From Minisyncoccota bacterium (lineage in GTDB: Bacteria > Patescibacteriota > Minisyncoccia > UBA6257 > JAGOQP01), in contig JBAYIV010000001.1 in NCBI GenBank assembly GCA_041665445.1, forward strand, positions 6,334 to 70,333: a stretch of DNA of 64,000 nucleotides, written 5' to 3'. Position numbers and translations under genes: made by a program. Of the stretch, positions 17,827-27,059 are shown in pieces (within the stretch, counting starts at the first letter, position 1; each line of letters starts with the position of its first letter). The notes below the pieces were generated by a model. That model was not told the DNA's origin. It was given only the letters and a program-made list of their open reading frames with translations, and made no database searches.

Positions 17827-18468
17827 TTATCCCTTGTGTGCGTTTCCCATCTCGGGTTCGTCGGGACACGCTTCGTCGCACTCGTCGCTCTCCCGCTCAA
17901 TAAGTGCAATGATTTTATCAACCAATTCTTTGGGGTTGGATGAAAAAACGAGCTTCCCAGTTCCACGATGCGCCTTGGCGATGATTTCTTTGATAATATC
18001 ATCAGTTGCCCACGGCCCCTCCAAAACGCCGATTGGCTTGTTGTCCTCAAAAGCAATGGTGAACTCATTAAATGTTCCAATGCGCCCGCACCCGATAATA
18101 ACCGCATCGGATGAGCGCGTCATAAGCAGGTTGCGTCCCGCATAACCAAACCCGGTGTACACAATCAGATCATGAAACTCAAATGGCAATTTATACACAT
18201 TAGCATGTTCGTGATCGGTGGCCGCGGGAGAAACACCAATGGCCATACCACCGGCCTCTTTAGCGCCACGAGCAACCCAAAAGGGAAACCCCGTTGTCGC
18301 GCCGTCAATTAATATGGCGCCCCGCGATGCAATCTCTTTCCCAAGCGTCATGGCTATTTCAAACGATCCCTCGCCGCATTGTTCCGTTTGCGCCGCTCCC
18401 GAAACGCAAATACGATACCGAACGTGGTCAGAATCGCCCGCATGAACCGATGCTGTACTAGATGTCAT
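17827..18468 (-). CDS. LOG/SLOG-family nucleotide-binding protein, copy 1
   Basis: ICVSGAA, DGATTG, YTGFGYAGRN and GRIGTFNEF motifs. Confidence 0.85.
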   Translation of the reverse strand: MTSSTASVHAGDSDHVRYRICVSGAAQTEQCGEGSFEIAMTLGKEIASRGAILIDGATTGFPFWVARGAKEAGGMAIGVSPAATDHEHANVYKLPFEFHDLIVYTGFGYAGRNLLMTRSSDAVIIGCGRIGTFNEFTIAFEDNKPIGVLEGPWATDDIIKEIIAKAHRGTGKLVFSSNPKELVDKIIALIERESDECDEACPDEPEMGNAHKG

Positions 18469-18478
18469 ATAAAAAATA

Positions 18479-19114
18479 TTATTGATCCGCAAGATCGCGA
18501 AGTTCTTCAATGGTTTGATGTTCCGTCTCCGCTTTCCCGCGCGCCCGATGGGCGTGAATCAACAAATCGACTCGAGCGACCAACGCCTGCGGATCCGAAT
18601 CAAACACCACCGCCACATTTTCTCCTCGGGCCTTGGCGATGATTTCTTTGATAATGTCATCAGTTGCCCACGGCCCCTCCAAAACGCCGATTGGCTTATG
18701 ATCCTCAAAAGCCGTTGTAAATTCATGAAACGTTCCGATCCGACCACAACCAACAATCACCGCATCGGATGATTGCGTGAGCAAAATATCTCGCCCGGAA
18801 TATCCAAACCCGGTATACATAATCAAGTCGTGCCACGCAGTCGGCAAATGGTATGTATGCACATGCTGGCGTCGACTGGCGGCAGGAGAAAAACCAATAA
18901 CGCGCCCCCCCGCCTCTTTGGCGCCCTGGCTGGCAAAAAAAGGAAACCCGGTTGTCGCGCCATCAATAAGAATGGCGCCCGAGGCCGCGATCGCGGCACC
19001 CAACAAGCGCGCCTTTTCTTCCGCTCCCTCTCCGCAATGAGCAACGTCGGCAGCTCCCGACACGCATATTTTGTACGCCTGAGGCGCAGTATAAAGTTGG
19101 TTATCGTCACCCAT
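18479..19114 (-). CDS. LOG/SLOG-family nucleotide-binding protein, copy 2
   Basis: ICVSGAA, DGATTG, YTGFGYSGRD and GRIGTFHEF motifs. Confidence 0.85.
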   Translation of the reverse strand: MGDDNQLYTAPQAYKICVSGAADVAHCGEGAEEKARLLGAAIAASGAILIDGATTGFPFFASQGAKEAGGRVIGFSPAASRRQHVHTYHLPTAWHDLIMYTGFGYSGRDILLTQSSDAVIVGCGRIGTFHEFTTAFEDHKPIGVLEGPWATDDIIKEIIAKARGENVAVVFDSDPQALVARVDLLIHAHRARGKAETEHQTIEELRDLADQ

Positions 19115-19159
19115 GCTGGTGTATAGTATCGCGTCTAGTATACCGTCAAAATGTCAGAA

Positions 19160-20509
19160 CTACAACAATTCGTATGATGATCCGGGGCGCGGCACCATGG
19201 CGTCAATCGCAAAATTATCTCTTATTTTTTCGGCAAGGGGCTCGCTTTGATCAAGCTCTCCTTGAACGACAAAAACTTTTTTGAGCGACGCGCGCATGGA
19301 TCCAACCCATTTAAGCAGTAACGGTTGATCGGCATGTGCCGAATAGGCGCCCACCGCCTTAACCGCGCAATGAACCGGCACGCGCTCTCCCATGATCGTC
19401 ACCTCCGGCGCACCATCCAAAATAGCGCGCCCCAATGTTCCCTCGGTTTGATAACCGACAATGAGAATCGTACTTCTCGCATCGGACAAATAGCGGATCT
19501 CGTGATGCAGAATCCGACCGCCGTTAGACATCCCCGATCCAGCGATAATAACCTTGGGAGGAGGAATCTCGTTGATCTCTTTCGATTCTTCCTTAGTCAG
19601 CGTAAAACGCAATCCTTTAAAATCAAAAATGTCTTCCCCATGCCGCAATCGCGCCAAAGCCTCCGCATCAAAGAAGTGCGGGTCGCGCATATATTTTTCA
19701 TAAACGGCGGTCAATTTGATAGCCAAGGGACTATCAATAAAAATCGGCACTTTGGGAATGCGCCCATGATCAGCTAGATCGCTCAATTCATATAAAAGTT
19801 CCTGCGTACGCTCCATGGCAAATGCCGGAATAAGCAATGTTCCCTGCTTGGCAACGGTATCTTCGATGGCATCTTCCAAAATAGTTTTCCGCTCGGCCAC
19901 CGATTCGTGCACGCGGTTGCCGTATGCCGATTCCACCAACGCATAGTTTGCCTCGTGGATATACTCCGTTTCACGCACCAGCGGCGCGGGAACATTGCCC
20001 AAGTCGCCGGAAAATGCGACGCTCACGCCTCGATGCGTTACCTTAATGCTCGCTGATCCCAAAATGTGCCCCGCATCATACAATTCAACGCTCATCTGAC
20101 CGATGCTCATCGGCTGATGGTACGGAACCGCGCGCCATAACGAAAGAGCGCCATCAATATCCTCAATGCCATAGATCGGCTCTCGCGATGACTCGCGCTC
20201 CATTAAATGCTGTGCATCAAGCAATAATTCACGCGCCACATCGCGCGTGGGAGCCGTTGAATAAATGGGACCGCGATAGCCGTCTTTATAAAGCTTAGGC
20301 ACTCGGCCGATGTGGTCGATGTGCGCATGCGTAATAAAAAGAGCCGCAACGCTCTTGATGTCAAACTCAAACGGCTGCGTGTTGAGCGCTTCTTCGGCCG
20401 CGGTTCCCTGATGCAACCCGCAATCAATAAGCAGTGACGTTTCGCCGTCGCTCAAAAGGTAATTTGATCCCGTTACCTGTCCCGCGCCCCCTAAAAAAGT
20501 AAGTTTCAT
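19160..20509 (-). CDS. MBL-fold beta-CASP ribonuclease
   Basis: THAHIDHIG, AGHILGS, FSGDLG, GSGMSNGGR and YSAHAD motifs. Confidence 0.93.
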   Translation of the reverse strand: MKLTFLGGAGQVTGSNYLLSDGETSLLIDCGLHQGTAAEEALNTQPFEFDIKSVAALFITHAHIDHIGRVPKLYKDGYRGPIYSTAPTRDVARELLLDAQHLMERESSREPIYGIEDIDGALSLWRAVPYHQPMSIGQMSVELYDAGHILGSASIKVTHRGVSVAFSGDLGNVPAPLVRETEYIHEANYALVESAYGNRVHESVAERKTILEDAIEDTVAKQGTLLIPAFAMERTQELLYELSDLADHGRIPKVPIFIDSPLAIKLTAVYEKYMRDPHFFDAEALARLRHGEDIFDFKGLRFTLTKEESKEINEIPPPKVIIAGSGMSNGGRILHHEIRYLSDARSTILIVGYQTEGTLGRAILDGAPEVTIMGERVPVHCAVKAVGAYSAHADQPLLLKWVGSMRASLKKVFVVQGELDQSEPLAEKIRDNFAIDAMVPRPGSSYELL

Positions 20510-20547
20510 AAATACTGTGGTATACTTTCAGAAAATCATACCACATT

Positions 20548-20931
20548 ATGAGCCCATTCTCAAAAGAAACATTGCCATTTGAAGAAACTTCAAGAAACGG
20601 CTTCGTGGGACTCGAGGAAGACGATCCGAGAATTCCTCAAAAGATCGGAGGGTTTGAGAATATAGAAGCAAGTGACATCGACCACCAGCGTAAAATCGCT
20701 GTTTTCTGGTACCACGATGGCGTCCGCGCCAAATGGCAACTCATCAAAACTCCCGATGGCAAGGAACGCGCACTCATCCTTGCGCGGATGAGCAATGGAA
20801 CCAGCACCGGCACTTTTATTTCAAGCCGAGATATTTCGGATACGATTAAAATCGTATGCGCCCTCTTTACCGATAAAAAAACAAAAAACCAGGGCACGAC
20901 CGCTAAAGAATCAGATCTTCCTTTCTCTTAA
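20548..20931 (+). CDS. Hypothetical protein (127 aa)
   Basis: Fills the gap between the MBL gene and murE; upstream TGGTATACT -10 element. Confidence 0.6.
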   Translation: MSPFSKETLPFEETSRNGFVGLEEDDPRIPQKIGGFENIEASDIDHQRKIAVFWYHDGVRAKWQLIKTPDGKERALILARMSNGTSTGTFISSRDISDTIKIVCALFTDKKTKNQGTTAKESDLPFS

Positions 20932-22151
20932 TTTTTCTTCAACAAAGAGACGATTGTCTCCCGCTCAGACCATGGTTCTCGTGCTCCGCGCGGCCCATGA
21001 ATCCATTGTTCCGACCCTTTGCCCGTCGCCACCACCACATCTCCAGGACGAGCCAGACTAATCGCGCGCGCCAGCGCTGCCTTTCTGTCAAGAATCTTCT
21101 CGCACACCTGTCCGCGATTATGGGCGAGCCGCTCTTTTTCAAACCCCGCACCCAACGAATCAATAATCTTCTCCGGGTCCTCGTGATAGGGGTCTTCGTT
21201 GGTGAAAATAACCACATCGCAGAACCGCGCCGCTACCGCGCCCATCACCGAACGCTTCCACTCATCGCGCCCGCCTCCCGCAGACCCAAGCACCCCAATC
21301 ACGCGACTAGATGATTTCCCTTTCAGCTCGTGAGCCAGTTGATAAATATTCTCCAATGATTCGGGAGTATGTGCATAATCAACAATAACTGCAAACGGCT
21401 CGCGGACAATAATGTTTGCGCGGCCGTCAACTCCGGGAAATGCGCGCAGTGCAGCCATAATTGTTTCGTCGCTTATCCCCTCGGTACGAGCGATCGCTCG
21501 TGCGCAGGCAATATTAATCTTATTGAACGATCCAGGGAGTGTTGCGGGGACTGTGCCATCGGATACATCGGCGGGCGAAAAAATAATCACTGGCGTTTCC
21601 GCGGCCGCGCGGATAAAAACATCTGCCTCGGCATCGTCTCGATTAACAAAGAGGCGCGCCCGATCATGACGCGTGCGGACGATTAATCGAAAAAAATCCG
21701 CTTTGGCGTCGCGATATTTTTCAAATGATCCATGCGACTCAATGTGCTCGGGATGGATCCCTAAGAATGCGCCAGCGTGCCAGGTAATCCCCCGATGACG
21801 GTGCTGCACCACTCCCTGCGATGTCACCTCGACAAATGCATAGACGCACCCTGCGCGCGCGGCGCGCCATAAAAATTTCTGGATAAAGAATCGGCCAGGC
21901 ATGGTATTGCCCGTTGTATTTTTTGCGCACGATTGACCGACGCACACCGTCGCCGACGAAAGTCCTGCGGAATTTTTTTTAGCATATGAAAAAATGTGCC
22001 ACAACAGCATCACGGTTGTTGTTTTTCCCTTTGTCCCCGTGATACCGATGACGCGCAGACGGCGCGATGGGAAACCAAACCAGAGCGCGCCAACCCACGC
22101 CAGTCCATAATGGTATCCCGAAAGCAGAAAGCGATAGATGCGCACACCCAT
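20928..22151 (-). CDS. murE: Mur ligase, MurE-like
   Basis: GITGTKGKTTT, EVTSQG, PEHIESHG, VDYAHTP and ATGKG motifs. Confidence 0.85.
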   Translation of the reverse strand: MGVRIYRFLLSGYHYGLAWVGALWFGFPSRRLRVIGITGTKGKTTTVMLLWHIFSYAKKNSAGLSSATVCVGQSCAKNTTGNTMPGRFFIQKFLWRAARAGCVYAFVEVTSQGVVQHRHRGITWHAGAFLGIHPEHIESHGSFEKYRDAKADFFRLIVRTRHDRARLFVNRDDAEADVFIRAAAETPVIIFSPADVSDGTVPATLPGSFNKINIACARAIARTEGISDETIMAALRAFPGVDGRANIIVREPFAVIVDYAHTPESLENIYQLAHELKGKSSSRVIGVLGSAGGGRDEWKRSVMGAVAARFCDVVIFTNEDPYHEDPEKIIDSLGAGFEKERLAHNRGQVCEKILDRKAALARAISLARPGDVVVATGKGSEQWIHGPRGAREPWSERETIVSLLKKN

Positions 22152-22160
22152 ACTAAAACG

Positions 22161-22730
22161 TTATCGCGAACGAGCCAAAACGGCAAGCACTTTTTTAACA
22201 ACCGCCTCAAGCGTGTCTCCCCCGACCGACGGATGAGAAAGCGCTCGTGCAATGTCTTTTTTGTGATATCCCAATGCCTCTAACGCCTCAAACACATCGC
22301 TGGAAAAATCACTCTCTCCCGCACCCGACGATGGTTGTAGGGCCACCTTGTTTTTCAAATCAATAACAACCCGCGATGCGATTCTCGCGCTTACCCCACA
22401 TTGGCGAGATAAAAGTCCGTCTTTCCCCGACGCAATCATACGAGCAAGCGCCGGTGCATCGGCGGCGTTGAGCATCTTAAGAGCAATTTTGGGGCCAACG
22501 CCGGAAACAGAAATGAGCAGCTCAAAAAAAGCCCGCTCTTCTTCTGAAATAAATCCGTATAAATCATATGATTCCGGGTAAAGATAGCAGACGACACGAA
22601 GCGGTTTACCAACCCGCGCGCACGAACGAACCGCCTGAGTCGCATAAATCCGAAAGCCGATGCCTGCCACAGTCTCTACCACTACGTGCGGATCAAGCGC
22701 CGCCACCACGCCATTAATGCTGTAAATCAT
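22161..22730 (-). CDS. ruvA: Holliday junction branch migration protein RuvA
   Basis: LYGF, LISVSGVGPKIAL and EALEALGY motifs. Confidence 0.95.
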   Translation of the reverse strand: MIYSINGVVAALDPHVVVETVAGIGFRIYATQAVRSCARVGKPLRVVCYLYPESYDLYGFISEEERAFFELLISVSGVGPKIALKMLNAADAPALARMIASGKDGLLSRQCGVSARIASRVVIDLKNKVALQPSSGAGESDFSSDVFEALEALGYHKKDIARALSHPSVGGDTLEAVVKKVLAVLARSR

Positions 22731-22802
22731 AGCTATGCACGCAGTATAGGATAAACGGGTTTGACTTTAAAGGGGTGCTTTGATATCCTCTTCTCATTAC
22801 CT

Positions 22803-23075
22803 ATGCCACGTATCGCATCAGCAAAAAAAGCGCTCCGACAAAACATTACTCGGCGTGCAACCAATAGCGACCGCAAAGTCGCGCTCAAAAAAGCCGCAAA
22901 AGCAGTTCGCAAACTAACGTCGCAAAGTTCCTCAGAGGATATCGCGCGCGTTCTTTCTGCGCTCTATACCACCGCAGACAAAGTCGCCAAAACCAAATAT
23001 ATCAAGAAAACAAAAGCGGCGCGGATAAAGTCTCGCGCGACAAAATTCATTACCACGTTGCGCGCGCGGAGCTAG
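22803..23075 (+). CDS. rpsT: 30S ribosomal protein S20
   Basis: MPRIASAKKALRQ...DKVAK...KAARIKSR; promoter TTGACT-17-TATCCT. Confidence 0.93.
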   Translation: MPRIASAKKALRQNITRRATNSDRKVALKKAAKAVRKLTSQSSSEDIARVLSALYTTADKVAKTKYIKKTKAARIKSRATKFITTLRARS

Positions 23076-23878
23076 GCAGAACAACAAAAAGAAACGAGTG
23101 CTTGATCGGGGCCTAAGAGCCCCGATTTTATATACCGGTCGCACGCAACCAACAATGCCACTTGTTTTTTATCCGACACGCTTTTGGCCATTATATTAAA
23201 TAAAAACATCGGCTCAGTGTGGCTTAAAAGTGCCAGCTCCCATTGAGCAAGGCGCTCCCCCCGCGTTGATGCCCGCAACATCCCTTGCGCATACGCAAAC
23301 GCATTTAAAAATCCTCCGCGCATATCATTAGCACGCACTGCTTGTTCGTCAATGTGCTTTCCCGACGCCCCAAGCACATCTAATTCACTGCAGAGTCCCC
23401 ATGTATCGCGGACAAAAACATCGGACAAGAAAGCACACGCTCCCGACGTAATATCATACCCATGCGTTTGTGCATATGTCTGCGCAAAAACACGCTGATG
23501 AGCCGGCGACAGCGACTTGAACTCTTTTTCTTTGTACGCAATGTCCGCGAGTAATGCGCGGTATGCCTCGGATAAACCACCCTCAAAATCCTCAACCAAA
23601 AAAACGATGTGATCAACTCGTTGTGCCGCCTCAGCCAATCGCCGCAACAGCGGATCATCAAGAACTGTGGCGCCATGAGCGCACACGCATATTTTTTTGC
23701 CTCCTTCAAAAAGATTCGTTGCCGAAACAAACGCATACGCATCAAGCAATGCCCCTTCATCGGCGCAATCAAATGATTGCACGGCTATGTCGGGATACTG
23801 TGTGCGTCGCTCCTCGACTAATTCGCGCACAAACCCAGCACGGCGGTAATGATCGGATCCAGAAAGAACGTAGAGCAT
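23072..23878 (-). CDS. holA: DNA polymerase III delta subunit, divergent
   Basis: MLYVLSGSDHY start, NLF motif, L.SELD.L; adjacent to rpsT as is usual. Confidence 0.7.
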   Translation of the reverse strand: MLYVLSGSDHYRRAGFVRELVEERRTQYPDIAVQSFDCADEGALLDAYAFVSATNLFEGGKKICVCAHGATVLDDPLLRRLAEAAQRVDHIVFLVEDFEGGLSEAYRALLADIAYKEKEFKSLSPAHQRVFAQTYAQTHGYDITSGACAFLSDVFVRDTWGLCSELDVLGASGKHIDEQAVRANDMRGGFLNAFAYAQGMLRASTRGERLAQWELALLSHTEPMFLFNIMAKSVSDKKQVALLVACDRYIKSGLLGPDQALVSFCCSA

Positions 23879-23884
23879 GGCTGA

Positions 23885-25216
23885 CTACTCAAATTGAGTT
23901 GCCTCGCGCTTAGGCACGAGCGATTTATCCGTCGGCAATTCAATCGAAAACGTGGTGCCACGATTAAGTTCTGACTCTACCACAATTGATCCGCCATGAC
24001 GCACGATAATGTTTTTGGTGATATACAGCCCCAATCCCGTACCATTGGGGGCGACTTTCATCGCGTTGTCCCCGCGGAAAAATTTTGTAAAAAGTTTTTC
24101 TGTTTGATCTTTCGGAATACCAATGCCCGTATCTTGAATCGTAATTTTGATGAACGGACGATCGTCTTCGTTGTGCACCCCAATGGTTACCTCGCCGTTC
24201 ACAACGTTATATTTAATCGCATTGTCCAGAAGATTGAAAAGCGCCATGCTCATTTTTTGCTGATCAATAAAAACTGGCGGCACCGGTTTTGCCGGACGCT
24301 GAAAATACAGCGTAACGCCATACTGGCCAGCCACGACTTGCGCATCGGCGAGCACGGTTGAAAGAAAATCAACAATGCTGACATCGGCAAATTGATAACC
24401 AAACCGCCCCTCTTCCATCTTCGACACATCAAGCAAGTCATTAACCGTCTTAAGCATTAATTTTGAAGCGACATATCCAGTATCGATGAGTTCTTTTTGG
24501 CTTTGGGTCACCGTTTCTTTCTCGAGCGCTTCAAGCGCCCAGGTAACCGCGGTTAATGGCGTACGCAATTGATGAGCCGCGATGGAAATAAACTCGCTTT
24601 TAGCGCGCAGGAGCTCGGCCTCACGCGTGCGGTTGGTAATCATCTTCACAAACCCCACCAGCTGTCCGGCGGCATCAAAAATACGATTGGTAACGACGCG
24701 CAGCTCAAGGTGCGGATTTTCAAAAACAATATCAACCACGCTTGGATAGACCCCCTCGTCTGACTGCTGAACAACACTAGGGGCCAATGAGGTGAAAACG
24801 ACCTGTGCCAATGCCTTGAATTGTGGGTTGGATACCATCGTGGTTGAAAGAACCTGGCCAACAATCTCTTCTTCTCGCACGCCAAAAATTTCAGCCGCTG
24901 CCTGGTTAAAAATAAGCACCGAAAAATTCGTATTGTATGCCAAAACACCCGTACCGATATAGGAAATAACGCTCTCCATCTGGCCTGATTGCGTTTTAAC
25001 ATCCAAGCTCGCCGCCGCCAAGCGCCATCCCACAACCCCCGTAATAGTAATTGCAACCGCCGCAATCCCCAAAACAATAATACCCCACGGCAACGACAAA
25101 AAAGAAAACCCAATAATCACCAGAATAAGAAAAAGTGGAAGCATGTAAAAAACCAGCCGCAATTCGGGCTGTTTAACCAATTCCTTGGTGGGATAGGGAA
25201 AGTGCGATTGTGGCAT
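23885..25216 (-). CDS. Membrane PAS sensor histidine kinase
   Basis: Two TM helices, PAS, H-box AAHQLRTPL, NLLDNAIKY, DTGIGI and GTGLGL. Confidence 0.95.
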   Translation of the reverse strand: MPQSHFPYPTKELVKQPELRLVFYMLPLFLILVIIGFSFLSLPWGIIVLGIAAVAITITGVVGWRLAAASLDVKTQSGQMESVISYIGTGVLAYNTNFSVLIFNQAAAEIFGVREEEIVGQVLSTTMVSNPQFKALAQVVFTSLAPSVVQQSDEGVYPSVVDIVFENPHLELRVVTNRIFDAAGQLVGFVKMITNRTREAELLRAKSEFISIAAHQLRTPLTAVTWALEALEKETVTQSQKELIDTGYVASKLMLKTVNDLLDVSKMEEGRFGYQFADVSIVDFLSTVLADAQVVAGQYGVTLYFQRPAKPVPPVFIDQQKMSMALFNLLDNAIKYNVVNGEVTIGVHNEDDRPFIKITIQDTGIGIPKDQTEKLFTKFFRGDNAMKVAPNGTGLGLYITKNIIVRHGGSIVVESELNRGTTFSIELPTDKSLVPKREATQFE

Positions 25217-25225
25217 AGGCGTTGT

Positions 25226-26458
25226 TTACGACGTGGGAAGATTATAGAGATACACCGTGTGGTCAAGACGATTGATAAAGAAAAGCTGCGTTGCCGTCGC
25301 CCACAAAGAAACAACATCCAGCAAAACGTCCGACGCGGTTACCAGAGGCGTCAGCGAAGAAAATGCATCGCCCCCTATGCTATACAAAGAATCATGAAAA
25401 TAAACGTCGCCGCGCACATAGTCGTTCAAAATATTTAAATCATTTCCTTTGTCGTTTTCTCGCGGGACACCGCAGAAAAATCTTTTTCCGTCTAGAGCAA
25501 AAATACATTTATCGGCGATGGTTGCCATCGTCAGCGATCCCCGCTGTTTATTTTCACCATCAAGAAAACTTACCGCCATCGACGTTCCGTTTGGAGATGC
25601 CACAAATTGTGCGGCGACAGAGGGAGACGCGCCGCCAAAAACCATCGCGAGTCCATCGCCGTGGGTAACATAGTTAAGCGTTTTCTTGGTAAGATCAAAA
25701 TACCACACCTGACCATCAACTCCCGACGACGAACGAGACACGAAAAATAGCCGGCTTGCTGATGGCCAATAAATTTTTACATCAACCATCGCGAGCGAGA
25801 CAAGCGTCGTGCTGGTGCGTCGCGCTGTACCAAGGCTAATGGCTGACACGATCGCTTGACCATTGAGCTCCTTGAGAATCGCCAGTTTTGCCCCATCGGG
25901 CGAAAAAGCAACGTCCATCGTCTCCGCGGGCAATACATCCCATGCTTTTGTTTTTATATCAAAAAGGGCGTACGTTCGCGAATCAAAGAGAACGACGATT
26001 TTTGAGCCTGACTTATTTTGCCAGAGCCGAAGCGGTGTTCCAAAAGAGGATCCGGCGATCGTTTGTTCTCTGCCGATGTCCTGGATTTGCACCACATCAC
26101 CCTTGGCGTTCATATAATAAACAGCGTTGCGAATAATCCCCGACGTACTAGTGGTCGATGAAGCAACCCAGAAGACAGCGGCCGGATTAGTGGTGAGCTG
26201 AAAGAGATTATTTTTTTGTTGTTGCAGCGCCGCCGATGGCGCAGATTGATCTGGTTGACCCTGATTAACAGATAATGCCCCGGACCCCTGATTGTTGCTC
26301 CCCGATGACAGCGGAAAAGTACCTCCTCCCGACGATTGACCGGGAGTCGCCGCTTGTTTGGCGCCCTGAAGCCCAAAATACACGCCGACGCCAATAGCGG
26401 CAACAACCAAGAGAGCAATGATGATGATAATAATTCTATTTGTTGGCACGCTGTTCAT
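25226..26458 (-). CDS. Membrane-anchored beta-propeller-like protein
   Basis: N-terminal TM, G/S/Q linker, AFSPDGAKLA-type repeats. Confidence 0.7.
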   Translation of the reverse strand: MNSVPTNRIIIIIIALLVVAAIGVGVYFGLQGAKQAATPGQSSGGGTFPLSSGSNNQGSGALSVNQGQPDQSAPSAALQQQKNNLFQLTTNPAAVFWVASSTTSTSGIIRNAVYYMNAKGDVVQIQDIGREQTIAGSSFGTPLRLWQNKSGSKIVVLFDSRTYALFDIKTKAWDVLPAETMDVAFSPDGAKLAILKELNGQAIVSAISLGTARRTSTTLVSLAMVDVKIYWPSASRLFFVSRSSSGVDGQVWYFDLTKKTLNYVTHGDGLAMVFGGASPSVAAQFVASPNGTSMAVSFLDGENKQRGSLTMATIADKCIFALDGKRFFCGVPRENDKGNDLNILNDYVRGDVYFHDSLYSIGGDAFSSLTPLVTASDVLLDVVSLWATATQLFFINRLDHTVYLYNLPTS

Positions 26459-26516
26459 GGGTTCGTCTCTTATTAATCACCGACACAAAGATATGTTTAT
26501 AAAAATCTATATAATC

Positions 26517-27038
26517 CTACTTACAAAAACTCAATCCAAAATCAGTTCCAGCATATTGTTGGTCAACACTAATAGGGACACCAACAGTTACCTTTAACTT
26601 ACAAGCATCGCTCTGACTAATCCCTAATTTTTGAAGAAACGCCGCCTCTGCCTGTGTCCGCATCGCCATCACGGGTTTTTGCGAAATAGAAATAGCAAAT
26701 GAATTGTCGGGTTGATAATAGCTAATATCATATCCTGGATTGCGGGCGACAAGAGCCTCGGACCCGCCCGCGGCGACAATTACTGCGTTTTGGTAGAAAT
26801 TATTCACGGTAACCGCTCCCTGCGCGGTAGGAATACTAAAAACACTACTCGAAGACCCGGCCACTGGGGAAGGGGCCGCGGGAGACGTACTCGTTGGAGC
26901 CACAGGAAAGGTACTGCTGGCATTCCCGCCTTGCGGGGGAACGGTTGAGATTGATTGTATATACCAAAAACCCACCACCACGATGGCGACCACAAGAATA
27001 ATGATGCCGCTAATTAATACTATCTTCTTTGTATTCAT
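26517..27038 (-). CDS. Membrane-anchored hypothetical protein
   Basis: N-terminal TM, P/S linker, small domain with two Cys (DAC...SFC). Confidence 0.7.
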   Translation of the reverse strand: MNTKKIVLISGIIILVVAIVVVGFWYIQSISTVPPQGGNASSTFPVAPTSTSPAAPSPVAGSSSSVFSIPTAQGAVTVNNFYQNAVIVAAGGSEALVARNPGYDISYYQPDNSFAISISQKPVMAMRTQAEAAFLQKLGISQSDACKLKVTVGVPISVDQQYAGTDFGLSFCK

Positions 27039-27059
27039 ATATGGATGGACTAATTATTC

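Noticed and set aside
17972-18697. 68-bp repeat as a DGR TR/VR pair or att sites
   Set aside because: Both copies are in-frame equivalent parts of paralogous genes, with a single synonymous difference.
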